Of a stretch of 61,922 nt of DNA, positions 34,066-45,570 are shown piece after piece. Numbering within the stretch: the stretch's first letter is position 1; each line of letters begins with the position of its first letter. This stretch comes from Rhynchobatus australiae (lineage: Eukaryota): contig JAUZTB010000062.1 of assembly GCA_034780895.1 (NCBI GenBank), forward strand, positions 21,677,586 to 21,739,507, in the 5' to 3' direction. A program made the position numbers and the translations under genes. The notes beneath the pieces are model-generated. The model saw nothing but the letters and a program-made list of their open reading frames with translations. It ran no database searches and had not been told where the DNA came from.

Positions 34066-36414
34066 TAATGAGTATGAGAAATTATTTTTTATCAAAAATG
34101 CCGTCAACCATTTGAACTCCATTGCAATGCTTTTTCTCCCCACAAATAACACTATTCAGCAAAATTCTATATAATCGTATTTCATGCAAAATATCACATT
34201 TACTGATCCAGTGTGTTTTTCCTAATCTGATGTAGATAATGTTATTTAGACTTTGACATGCCAATTAATCAACTTTTGTGACCCAAAAAACAAACTAGGA
34301 CATGNNNNNNNNNNNNNNNNNNNNNNNNNNNNNNNNNNNNNNNNNNNNNNNNNNNNNNNNNNNNNNNNNNNNNNNNNNNNNNNNNNNNNNNNNNNNNNNN
34401 NNNNGGACATGTTGTCATATGACATTTTCATATCTCCAGAGTGATTGAATTGTAAATGCTTGAAACAAAATTTCTGGATGAAAAAGTCAAACAGCTGTAA
34501 GTTTCCCAAAATTAAAGGAACACACCAAAAGACTTCGCCCCTAAACATGTTGCTGTGGAAGGCTGTGTTATATCTGAATGCCTAATCACCAGTCTTCATT
34601 TTCTTCCTTCTTTTAACCAATATTATACTTTTCTTTTTCCTGTATCATGTGTAGCTTTCCACATGTATATTTGTTCACTTCACATTAGCAGATGCAAATC
34701 ATTATCAATGAAGTGCTCAGCTCCCAAAACATTTATCACTGTCACAGGAAGAGCAAATATATTTTCATGGTAAGCATGAAATGCATCACTTCAGCTGTGC
34801 TACAGGTAAGTTAGTCTCTGAACATCAGTTCATTATGAAGTTAAAATTCTGCTGTAACCAAGGTGTTATTTAATTTTAAAACAAGGCTTTTTGTGATTCA
34901 GACCAGAGTTAAAAAAGGGCCTCATAACTCAACACAAATTGGATGAATGCAATACATGATGGATTGCCACTTGTGCTCTTTCCCTTAACCTCTAGAACCT
35001 GTGACAAACTCAACCCTCATTGATGCAGATATGATATTCTTCTTATTAGAACAAAAAGGTTGTGGTATGCCACATAATTATAATCCAGTTCCTCTTACTT
35101 CTTCAGGCAGGATAGGTGTTAAGTTACTGAGCATTACAGAAAGGTTGAGCAGAGCCAATAGCATAGATGTCCAAAGGACAGATGATAGAAAATTTTGAAA
35201 CACGGAGGAGTATAACACTGACTTCATGTAAGAATTCAGGAAGGCTCATGTAGCCTTTAGATTGGGCAGTCAAATAAAATAATACATCTTGGAAGAACAA
35301 ATAGTAAATTAAAGAAAGGAAAAATAATAAATACAATTTTAATTGACTTGGAGGAACAGAAGATCCTTGATGTGCAGATAAATAGAATGGCCTGAAACAT
35401 CTGATCAAATGCCAGAGCTAATCCCAGGTTTTAGTCACATTTCTCAGCAAAGTCCCAGAGTCCATTGCTGTTGTAGGACTTAGCAAGTGGCACAAGATCA
35501 GAAGAAATCAGCTGTAGGAGAAAATTAAATAGAATCAAGCTCCATTAACCCTAGTTTGGTTATGTTTTTAATTGGTTTCAAGTTTACATATCTGAGAGTG
35601 TGTTTAATTCTTTTAACTTAAAAATGGCTTTTTTGTAATTTTAGTTCTTAATATTTTCATTTGGCATGTTCTAAATGTCTGTAAGTGTCGGAGTTAATGT
35701 CTGTAAGTATCAAACATTTAATAACAATGACAGCTTTGTCAGCTGATGAGCTTTGGGGCAGGTCCTACCTAGCTGTATCAAGCCATTGTGGAATTACAGG
35801 TGGTTGCCTATGCTGACCAGTCACTACACTGCACTCTGCCAAGTTGATGTGCAGAGAGCTCTCAGTGGAAGACTGCACTCAGAGCCATGTTAAAAGAAAC
35901 AGCACGGCCCCAGGGCTGACATCCAGTGTCTTTGGAACAATTGGAACATTAAATATGCTGGTACAAATAGATAGAACAGGACATTTTTAGAAATCTGAAG
36001 GTATATAAACATTTATGATAACACTGATATTATGGGAAGCCAAAGTTAGGCTGCAGTGAGATTATTGCATGCAGTTTTACACAAACCATAGGAAGGATAT
36101 AAAATCAACAGAAGTGGTTCAATACATATTCATCACATTATCAATGATGTAGCAAAGACAGGAATAATGTTTTAGGATTTTTTAAAATCTCTCANNNNNN
36201 NNNNNNNNNNNNNNNNNNNNNNNNNNNNNNNNNNNNNNNNNNNNNNNNNNNNNNNNNNNNNNNNNNNNNNNNNNNNNNNNNNNNNNNNNNNNNNNNNNNN
36301 NNNNNNNNNNNNNNNNNNNNNNNNNNNNNNNNNNNNNNNNNNNNNNNNNNNNNNNNNNNNNNNNNNNNNNNNNNNNNNNNNNNNNNNNNNNNNNNNNNNN
36401 NNNNNNNNNNNNNN

Positions 36415-36616
36415 CACAATAGATTCTGCAGATGCAGGAATTTGGAGCAACACACACAAAATTCTGGAAGAACTCAGCAGGTCAGGCAGCATCTATGGAG
36501 GGAAATAAACAAGTCGACATTTCAGGTCAAGACCTTTCATCAGCCCCTGATGAAGGGTCTTGACCCGAAAGGTCGACTGTTTATTTCCCTCCATAGATGC
36601 TGCCTGACCTGCTGAG
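36415..36616. mobile_element. Foldback PLE unit: two hammerhead-bearing tails head-to-head
   Basis: Inverted arms 36473-36543 and 36547-36616 (~70 bp, few mismatches) around a CCC spacer. Confidence 0.85.
36541..36579 (+). ncRNA. Minimal type I hammerhead motif, best-preserved copy
   Basis: CAGCCC-CTGATGA-A-GGGTC-TT-GACCC-GAAA-GGTC-GACTG. The mirror copy on the - strand (36511-36543) reads CTGATGA-A-AGGTC-TT-GACCT-GAAATGTC-GACTT. Confidence 0.7.
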
Positions 36617-36629
36617 ATACTACAACAGT

Positions 36630-37660
36630 GCTGTTATTGTGGAGTTCTACAACTTAGTTGCAATGATGAAGGAACAGTATAATATTAGACTTGTAGCTAG
36701 CCATAACATCTGTAAGGCTGGTAAAGCCAAGTTTCTGATCAACAGTGGCCCCACAGGTTGTTGATGGGTGAAGGATTCTGTGGTAATAATTCCAGCGAGT
36801 GTCAAATAGAGGTGATTAGACTCTCTCATTGGAAATGCCATTAACCTGATACCTATATGGTGCAAATCTTACTGGCTTGTCTGAATAATATCCAGGTCTT
36901 TCTGCTTGTGGGCATTCTTCTTTGTTATCTGAAGAATTGTTAATAGAAATGAAAATTAAACATCCCCATTTCTGACCCTGTTTTTGAAAGAAAATTATTG
37001 ATAAAGTACCCAAAGGTGGTAGGACTTGCAGTACTTTAATGTTCCTCAGGGACTATGAAAATTGGGCTCTAACAAACACAATTATCTTTCGCCAACCAAT
37101 GGCTGGTTCTCCTCTTGATTCTCTTTGATTCCAACTTTATTAGAATTTCTTAACACAACAAACTGGCCTTGAAATCAAAAGCCGTTATTTTCAACTCAAC
37201 CCTAGAATTCAATCATGTTGTCCTTGTCTCAACAATATCGAAATTAGCTCTCAGGCAAAATGTTCTTGGTAAAACCCAAATGGAGCATCATGGAGCAGGT
37301 TAAGTGCCACCTCCTAGAATATCAATGGCAACTTTGCTGACAACTAAGAGTAAACTGATGGAGCGGTAGAACACTTGTCCTGCTTTCTCTTGCGGACAGC
37401 AGAAATCTGAGTCATTTTGTGCTGCTGGGTAACCGTTGGTGCTGTAGATGAGATAGAACAGCTTGGCTTAATGAAGGCCTCATTCTGGATGATTAGCCTT
37501 CAGCACAACAATCAGAATATATTTAATGCACTGATCCTTTTCTTTATTTCACACAAATCACATTAGTTGAAAACTGACTTCTGCAAATATGGGGCCCTCA
37601 GGAGTAAAGCAAGATGGATCATTTACTCTGCAATTCTGGCTGAAGGTGGTTTCAAATGTT
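36630..37660 (-). mobile_element. Old CR1-group LINE RT remnant (same family as 9126-9980)
   Basis: Shares GATTAGACTCTCTCATTGGA..GGTGCAAATCTTACT and AAACATCCCCATTTCTGACC with 9730-9910. Confidence 0.5.
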
Positions 37661-38237
37661 CTAGTTTAATGAGCTAAATTGTCTATGCTTTAATATTCTG
37701 TGATTTTTCTCTCTCTTAGTTATAAAGGTCCTCTGTAAAATATATTTGGTTAATCATAATACATGACTGTCATTAACTAGGTAACCTTTGGGAAACAAAG
37801 GCCAAAAGATAACTTGGATATAAAACAGAGAAGATGTGCATTACTCTTTTGTTCTGCTGAAATCAAGGTGATGGTTGGAGTAAATGTTCTACAGCTTGAT
37901 AAGTCAATTCTGACTTGATACTGTCACTAAAGTAAAATTTAAAAATGTTACATTCCTAGGCACATTTCCATGTTGAGTACAAAAAAATCATTAAACTATT
38001 TAAAACAGCATTTCTAGCTACTGGATATCGAAGTAGCTTAATCCTGATGAGCAGTTAGTGGCATTAAGAAACTGTCCTGCTAGGACAGTTCTTAACTGGC
38101 AAGTCTGAGGAAATGGATGAGATCACTGTAACTTGTNNNNNNNNNNNNNNNNNNNNNNNNNNNNNNNNNNNNNNNNNNNNNNNNNNNNNNNNNNNNNNNN
38201 NNNNNNNNNNNNNNNNNNNNNNNNNNNNNNNNNNNNG

Positions 38238-38420
38238 GAAGTGGGTGAGGCAGGTACATTAACAACATTTAAAAGACACTTGGACAGGTCCGTGGATCCA
38301 TGGATAGGAAAGGTTTAGAGGGATATGGGCCAAACACGGGCAAATGGAACCAGCTTAGGTAGACACTTTGGTTGAGACAAGTTGGACTGAAGGGCCCATT
38401 TCCGGGCTGTATGACTATAT
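38238..38420 (+). mobile_element. CR1 3' end
   Basis: EVGEAGTLTTFKRHLDR; tail GGACTGAAGGGCCCATTTCCGGGCTGTATGACT. Confidence 0.8.
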
Positions 38421-38714
38421 GTGGTCAAGGCGATGACAGGGAAATTGTCCGCTGTAAAGGGGCGAATCTGGTCACAGGTGAAACCGCGGTAGGAGCAGTG
38501 AAGGTGTTCACCAAAGGACTTACTTTGTAGCACCAGAACTTGTCCAAAGGGACCATGTCAATGTAGGCAGGAATGGGGTCCTCCATCCTACCCAATAAAG
38601 GTTTCAGTGAGGGAAAGCTTGAAGGACGCACAAAGTGACTTAGGGGCCATTACTCAGAGGGATAAAATGTCAGGGACTGGTCTGTGGTTGGAAGTGTAAA
38701 AATTGTGGTAAAAA

Positions 38715-38857
38715 TTGTTCATATGTTTATCTTTTTCTTGTGAAAGCTGCTCATCTAATGCTCTGTGCCTGTGATGCTACTGCAGGTAAGTTTTTCATTG
38801 CACCTGTGCACACATGGACTTGTGCATCTGACAATAAACTCCACTTTGAACTTTGAA
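38715..38857 (+). mobile_element. Rex-type LINE 3' UTR fragment
   Basis: TGTGCCTGTGATGCTACTGCAGGTAAGTTTTTCATTGCACC..TGACAATAAAC followed by short ACTTTGA repeats. Confidence 0.5.
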
Positions 38858-39049
38858 GACAGCATTCAATTAAGGTGTCATGTCTAAGGTCACTGCACAA
38901 GGACTGATGGTACTGGAGATAATGTATGGGCAGATTGAATATTGCTGGAGGATTTGGTAGGAGTAAAGATGTATTACTATAATTATTTAGGGCCCTGGAG
39001 AACCGAAATTCTTATGATTTAATTCATATGGATTGAGGATGAATCATTT

Positions 39050-39360
39050 AACCAGGGCACCAATGCTCAAGACAAGAGGGCATGGATTTAAAGTAATGAG
39101 GGGGAAGTTCAGGGGGATGTCAGAGGGAGGTTTTTCACCCAGAGAGTGGTTGATGCATGGAATGCGCTGCCTGGGGTGGTGGTGGAGGCAGATACGTTGG
39201 ACAGGTTCAAGAGATTGTTGGATAGGCATATGAGGAATGTGGGATACAGGGATATGCAGGAGGAAAGGGTCAGATAGTCTGAGGTGTGGTTTGATGGATG
39301 GCACAACATGGTGGGCCGAAAGGCCTGTATTCTGCTGTATTGTTCTATGTTCTATGTTCT
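39050..39360 (+). mobile_element. CR1 3' end with (TGTTCTA)n tail
   Basis: KTRGHGFKVMRGKF and FFTQRVVDAWNALPGVVVEADTL..FKRLLDRHM. Tail GGGCCGAAAGGCCTGTATTCTGCTGTAT-TGTTCTA x3. Confidence 0.88.
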
Positions 39361-39529
39361 TTCAAGCTTTACAAAGTCACATTCTACGAGTCTCCACAAA
39401 GATTTCCTGGAGACCAAGCATCAAACACGGAGATCCTCTAAATGGGAGCTCTGGATTGTCAGTCATGCAACAGACTTCTCAAATGTACCTTTGCTGTGGA
39501 AAATGTCTGGAGAAGCAAAAAAACAAAAC

Positions 39530-39700
39530 ACCACAGGAGCTAGAAGTCTGAAATAAATAGAAACTGCACAAAGAAAAGGAAGCAAGGTGAGCATTTCAGG
39601 CTGATGACCTTTCAACAGACTCCCAGTTTTGATGGTAGGTCATCGACCTTAATGGTTAACTGTTTCTTTCTCCACAGATACTGCCTGGTCTGCTCTTTTG
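39530..39700. mobile_element. Degraded foldback PLE unit
   Basis: GCATTTCAGGCTGATGACCTTTCAACAG faces CAGTTTTGATGGTAGGTCATCGACC..GTTAACT..CCACAGATACTGCCTGG. Confidence 0.5.
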
Positions 39701-39780
39701 CTTTTGAAGTCTAGAGCAATATTGGTCAACAGTGGAATTGGTGTAGATTTCAGAGTTCCAGTGAGAATTTGTATTGCAAA

Positions 39781-40056
39781 TTTTTAAAAATTGCAAATGC
39801 TGCAAATCCAAGAGAAAAACAGAAAATGCTGGAAATACTCACCAGGTCAAGCTACATCTATAGGAAGAGAAACAGAGTTAGCATTTCAGGTTGAAGACCC
39901 TTCATCAGAAATGGGAAGGAGAGAAAACGAGCTTCATTTTTCTCCTTCCCAGTTCTGATGAAAGCTCTTCGACCCAAAATGCTAACTTGGTTTCTCGGCC
40001 CAGAGATGCAATCTGACCTGCTGAGTATTTTCAGCATTCTTTGTGTTTATTTTCTG
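39781..40056. mobile_element. Foldback PLE unit with two hammerhead motifs (AGTT/AACT subfamily) and probable 11-bp TSD
   Basis: Inverted arms about 39815-39927 and 39938-40050. Cores at 39876-39912 (-) and 39951-39987 (+). Flanks TGTATTGCAAA (39770-39780) and TGTATTGTAAA (40057-40067). Confidence 0.8.
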
Positions 40057-41689
40057 TGTATTGTAAAACTTAACTGAACAACTACATTGCTACAGGTGCC
40101 AACAGTCTAGATAGGTGCACAGTACTTGGGCATTGAGTAGATCAATGCTATAGCAGAGGTGGAGAGTACATCTGTGGCGGCACCAAGTTTGTTTCAAACA
40201 GTTTGCACACCGCATTCACCCAACTATTGATTTTCAAAGGTGGGTAGAAAATGTTAAGGTGCAGTCAAATGTCACACTCAGAATAGGGATGGATCAAGTT
40301 GTCATTTTTCTCACACAGAAGTGACACTGAGATAAACACATAGATTGTGGTTGTTGAGGTGACATACTGAGATGACAGACTTAGATAGATTTGGTTGTAT
40401 AACCCTCACTTGCTGAAATCCTCTGCCATTATTGGCAAGTCTGATATCAGGGTACCTTCAATACCGTTGAATGTTTTTGCTTGTGTGCCAGGTCATCAGC
40501 ACATCCAAGTTTCCTCAAGAATATATCAGGCACACTGCTGTTATAAATGTTATAGCGTATCAGGGCAAAAACGCTTCAATGCAAGAGACCACTTACTCTG
40601 CTCACTTTATCTCAGAGATAGGCATGTATCAATCGATTGCTTAGAAACATACACAAAAAGCAGAGCAGCCTGGCACATGGGAGAATGAAATGCAATCCCA
40701 TCACTACTTTATTAATTTATCTTTGTCACTTAGAAAGAATCATGGATGTGGAAGTTCAAAAAGAACACTGCCAGGATTTGATTTCAAGTCTTTAACATTT
40801 GATAATAATATGGAAGCAGTATGGGCTGGATTTTAGTTTCATCATGCATGCAAAAAAAAATTGTAGCAGCTAGTTTGCTCTAATTTGACTGAATTTAGTT
40901 ATCCCTGTTGCCTACTGCAAACTCTGATGTAATTTAATATCTTCATACTCTATTTGGCCCTAACTAGTCAGTCCTAGCCAACATATTCTTCCATTCTAAT
41001 NNNACATTTTTTCATATTCTCATCTCACTGTTAAGGTGACATAATAAACTTTCCAAAAAGTAAAATTATTGACTCAGTTTGCTTCTGCAAATCCATTCTG
41101 AGCTGCTGTTAGCTTCTATAACGGAGTAGCACATTAATAGATATTCACACTCCTGCAATCCTTAGATCATCATCTTTCTTGGGCCTGTAATAGATTTCTG
41201 GTAACACATCTGCTTTTTTTCTTCTTTTTTAGATTATGAGTGCTTATTTCTCCATTTATAGCTCATGTGCTTCCAAAAACCCATTAATAGCAAAACCATT
41301 TAACCTTGCATATACATCTGGAAAAGGAAGTCTGTGTGCAGGAAAGACCTTGTCTACACACATATTACAAATTTAACACATATAGAACAAAGTTCTCAAA
41401 TCATTAAGAACCAAAGCAACATGTTTACTAAAGATAATAAGCAGTTCACTGATGGGATTATATAGCACAGAGACAGCTTGTTTATTTAATTGTTCATCAA
41501 CAGTGGATTCAGTAAATTGTGTCTTAAGTGTCCCTTTGTAGATTTCATTGCGTTCTTATCCTTCTCATGCTGACAGTCAAAAATCCTTTTGTTGGAAACC
41601 ATGTATAAATTTACCAAACCATTGAAAGGAGTAACTGAAGTACTGGTTGATTTATGTCCATAGTTTTTCACAATACACCATGTGATGTT

Positions 41690-42590
41690 AACAAAAAGTT
41701 CTTTTATTTAGCATTGTGAAAACATTCCGACAATTCACAAGAGCATTTTCAAACTAAAAAGAAATTGATGCCCGCCACATAAAGAGCAGATAACCAAAAG
41801 CTTGGTCAAAGAGAATTAGTATATTGAAGGGGGGAACAAAGAGGTAGGGAACAAAGAGGTAGAAAGACAATTCCAGAACTTTGGACCTTGGTAGTTAAAG
41901 GTTGTCTACAGTGGAGCAATTTTTAAGTCATAGTTCCACCCTCCACCAACCCCCTCAGCAGCCCCCCCCCACAAGATTTGGAGGGCAGCAGCTATTTCAA
42001 AAGATTATGGGTTGGAGGAGATTGCAGAGCAAGGGAAGGAATTGCAAAATAAGGATGAGAATTTTAACATCAGAATGTTCCTTAATCAGGAGTCAACAGA
42101 GATAAATAAACTAAGGAGGAATTGATGAATTGGATTTGGTGCAAGCAAGAACAAGGGCAGCAAGTATTTTAAATGAATCAGGTTTGCAGAGAGCAGAATA
42201 CATCAGAAAAGTCCAGAGATAACAAAGATATGGATGAGTGATTCAGCAGCACATGAGCTGAGGAGAGGCAAAGTCAAGCTATGTTATGGAGATGGAAGTA
42301 GATGGCCTCAGTGAGGGTACAGATATGAGTTACAAATCTCAGTTTAGTGTAAATGTGACACCAAGGTTATGAAGAGTCAAGTTCAGTTTCAGACACTGAC
42401 CAGGGATGGGTATGAAGTTGATAGCAAGGGAATCTGTATGTGAGGAGTTTCAAATGCAATGGCTTCAGTATTTCTTATAAATTGTCAAACAATCTGATAC
42501 TTTAGAGATAGTGAAGATGTTAATAAAGATGGTGATGAGGTAAAACCAAGTGCCATCAACATAGATGTAGAAAGTGACATGATGCTTTGA
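41690..42590 (-). mobile_element. L2 LINE 3' ~0.9 kb (RT C-terminus and tail)
   Basis: Reverse frames give HNLGVTF, IYFHLHNIA and SSCAAESLIHIFVISGL. ACCAAAAGCTTGGTCAAAGAG is a landmark of the L2 tail. Confidence 0.75.
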
Positions 42591-42623
42591 CATTATTTTT
42601 CATCTGCCAACATGAATAACACA

Positions 42624-42804
42624 TACTATGATGCTGGAGGAACTCAGCAGGCCAGGCAGCATCCATGGAGAAAAGCAGGTGGTCAACGTTTCGGGTCAGG
42701 CCCCTTCTTCTGATGCTTCACAGATGCTGCCCAGCCTGCTGTGTTCCTCCAGCATCACAATGTTTTTCATCTAGATTCCAGCATCTGAAGTCCTTTGTTT
42801 CTCT
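42624..42804. mobile_element. Foldback PLE unit with one hammerhead motif and perfect 12-bp TSD
   Basis: TSD ATGAATAACACA at 42612-42623 and 42805-42816. The - strand core (42681-42712) reads CAGAAGA-A-GGGGC-CT-GACCC-GAAACGTT-GACC. Arms GATGCTGGAGGAAC..GGCAGCATC and GATGCTGCC..GTTCCTCCAGCATC. Confidence 0.85.
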
Positions 42805-44367
42805 ATGAATAACACAACATAATAACATAATACATTGAGAGTGATAGCCATCAACAATGATGCTTACCTTGTGGAGCTAACAGCAGATGCTGACAAAATT
42901 AATTGGTAACCATATTCTATTAGATTTTCTTACATGTCAACTAAAATATGTGGGTTACTCATTACATAGTTTTCTTGGTAACTTTGTAGTCTAGGTTTAA
43001 GGTTGGAGGGAATTATCTGTCAAATCAGCCAAGCTACAAGGATCACATTTGATGGCTGTAATAAATTTTCACTTTAAAAATAAATCTGGAGAATCTTTAC
43101 TTATATTTAAAAGATTTGTACATTATACAACTCAATTGATGCTAACATTGCACTGGGAACCACACATGAATCAATTGACTACTGTGATGCTTTAATAAAG
43201 AAACAGATGTGTTATTTGATGTTTCATTTTATGTTTCTTTTTTAATATAAAGAATTATGATTGTTTACTGACTAACAAGGCCTTATATAATCAAAATAGC
43301 TTGGGATGAAAGCAGTTTAAACATGGCCACAATGGTTGTGCAGCTTATTGGCACTTATGACAGGCATGTAATGAAATTGAACAATTGGCTTATAATTTGC
43401 TTTCTATACAGCTCAGAGGATGCCTCATGTCTCAATATATTTTTAGATTTTGCTTTCATTCAAAAGCAAAATAAACTATTAGAGATACTATTGTGGCATG
43501 TGCTCCTGATCACAAAACTGTCTTCTTCATACAAATGTTGCAAGAAAAGTTCATAACGATTATTAGCTTTGACCTCAGGTGGGTTCGATTTATGAGAAAA
43601 TCTGTTTAGCCCCAGTACACCTCCCAATCATGTTGATTATATTAAAAAAATAAATTATTACTTCCCAACCATAACTTTCTTTCATTGCTTGCGATATTTG
43701 ATTGGCAGATGGCTTCTATATTGGCAAGTTTTGCCATCTTTACAGCAAGCATCTTTTTTTAGAAGCTGCTTAACTTTACCAACACCAGAAAGGGCTTGGT
43801 TTCAGTAAACAAAACACGTTGCCTTGTTGAAAGGAAGAATTATTGTCTATAAATGGATACATTAATCAATGCCATATAAATAAGTAATTCATGTTTCATT
43901 GAGGTATCTCCAATGCATTTCAGAGTTATTTCTCTCAAACAGTTGACAGTTTTCAATGCATTCTTTCAATATATGCTTACATCTTGCTGGAAGTACAGAG
44001 CTGAGAAAAGCCTCCAAATATATTTAATATAATAAGGTNNNNNNNNNNNNNNNNNNNNNNNNNNNNNNNNNNATGGTTGAACATTTCTAAATGGACTTTA
44101 TTATATATTAACAGTTTTACAAAATTCATTTGTGTAATTATTAAAGAGCCACAGTAGCTCTTATTAATCAAACTCAATGTTTATGATAGTGTCATTATAT
44201 AATTAATAATATTAATAATTCAAGGGCTCATTTATAAATTTATCAAGTTAATATTTTCATGATCAGTGCAAAGCCCAATGTCAAGTAGAGGTTTATGAGG
44301 CTCAGTTAATTCTTTAACATTTAAAAGTTAGTTATGCCTTTATTCTCTCTTCTCATATTTTCTTACA

Positions 44368-44680
44368 ACATAGAAGGAGACCTTTCAGCACAATGTTTAT
44401 GCTGGCTCTCAGAGTAATCCCATATTCCTTGCAAACTGCCATCCATCACATCACCCCCCACCCCTCACTGCACCCCCGATTCTCTCACCACCCGCCTACA
44501 CTGGGAATAATTTACACTTGCCAATTAACTTAACAACCAGCCCATCTTTGGGAAAAACCCAAGAGGACACAAGAGGTGGAAACATAAACTTCACACAAAT
44601 AACACCGGAGATCAGGACTGAACCCAAGTCATTGGAGCTGTGGGAAATCTGCACCACCTGCAGTGTTACTGTATAATTCC
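44368..44680 (-). mobile_element. Decayed HE1-type SINE
   Basis: Reverse of CR1-type tail, TGGCCAATTAAC landmark and B-box remnant (GGACTGAACCC). A similar copy lies at 59950-60220. Confidence 0.55.
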
Positions 44681-44944
44681 AGCAGCATTATAAGACAGCA
44701 TTTTAAAAAAATGATTAAAAAAATAGAGACTTGATTTTCCATTGATTGGTATTGCTGTTTAAAAAATATATTGGTTCAAATTGTTGTAGACCTTTGCTAT
44801 AAACTTTTTCCTCAATATATATCATCTTTCTGTTCCTATTATCAACATTTGATTGCAAGATTTATAGTTGTGTTAAGTTCTCATTAAAAGAGCATGCTAC
44901 CTTAAATACTATGCAAAAGATGACAGGCAGAATATTTTGGAGAT

Positions 44945-45570
44945 TTAATAAAAACAAAAAATGCTGGATATTACTCCACATCAGAAAGCATCAAAAGGAA
45001 AAGAAACAGTGTTATGTTTCAGATAACAACCATAAGTGAGAAAAACAGAGATAAACAAGTTTTAAGAGACAAAGAAAAAAAGAAATGAGGAAGACAGAAC
45101 AATCTATTTTATGATAGCATAGATGGTGGGAGAGATTAAATGACAAATAGAATGATGATACAATATACAAGGATGATTGATTGGATTTTTAAGAAAATAA
45201 TATCAAAGGAAGCAAAATCTTTACCTGAAATCATCAAAAGGAAAATACAGTAGACACTAAAGTTAGAAATAAAACAACAAAGTACTAAAAATGTTCTATA
45301 AAATGCTGATTACCTGAAAAGTCCTTAACGTGTGCCCAGTTGAGAGATCATATGTGGTTCCTCAAGCTTAGATGTCAAAGAATTATGTGATGGATGAACA
45401 AAAGAGACTGAGGGAATTGAGTCATTTCACAAAACAGTCAACAATCTGCATTTGTCTCTCCAATCCAAAAGAGACTGCATTGTGAGCAGCCATTATAGTA
45501 TGTGAGGTTGAAAGAATGCAAGCAAACCACTGTCTCACCTGGAAAGTATATTTGAGACCCAGGATTGTAG
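44945..45570 (-). mobile_element. Penelope-like element fossil: GIY-YIG endonuclease fragment, 3' UTR and tail
   Basis: Reverse of 45440-45566 translates ILGLKYTFQVRQWFACI/SFNLTYYNGCSQCSLFWIGET (cf. PLE FQVRQRFTC.SSNLVYCIRCS.CGLLYIGET). PLE tail remnant at 44945-45030. Confidence 0.7.

Noticed and set aside
38044-38100. CTGATGA...GAAA followed by a perfect hairpin AACTGTCCT-GCT-AGGACAGTT, resembling a full hammerhead with a long stem III
   Set aside because: Stem II has no closing pair, and the flanks (GCTTAATC / CTTAACTG) cannot form stem I. Only the hairpin is supported.
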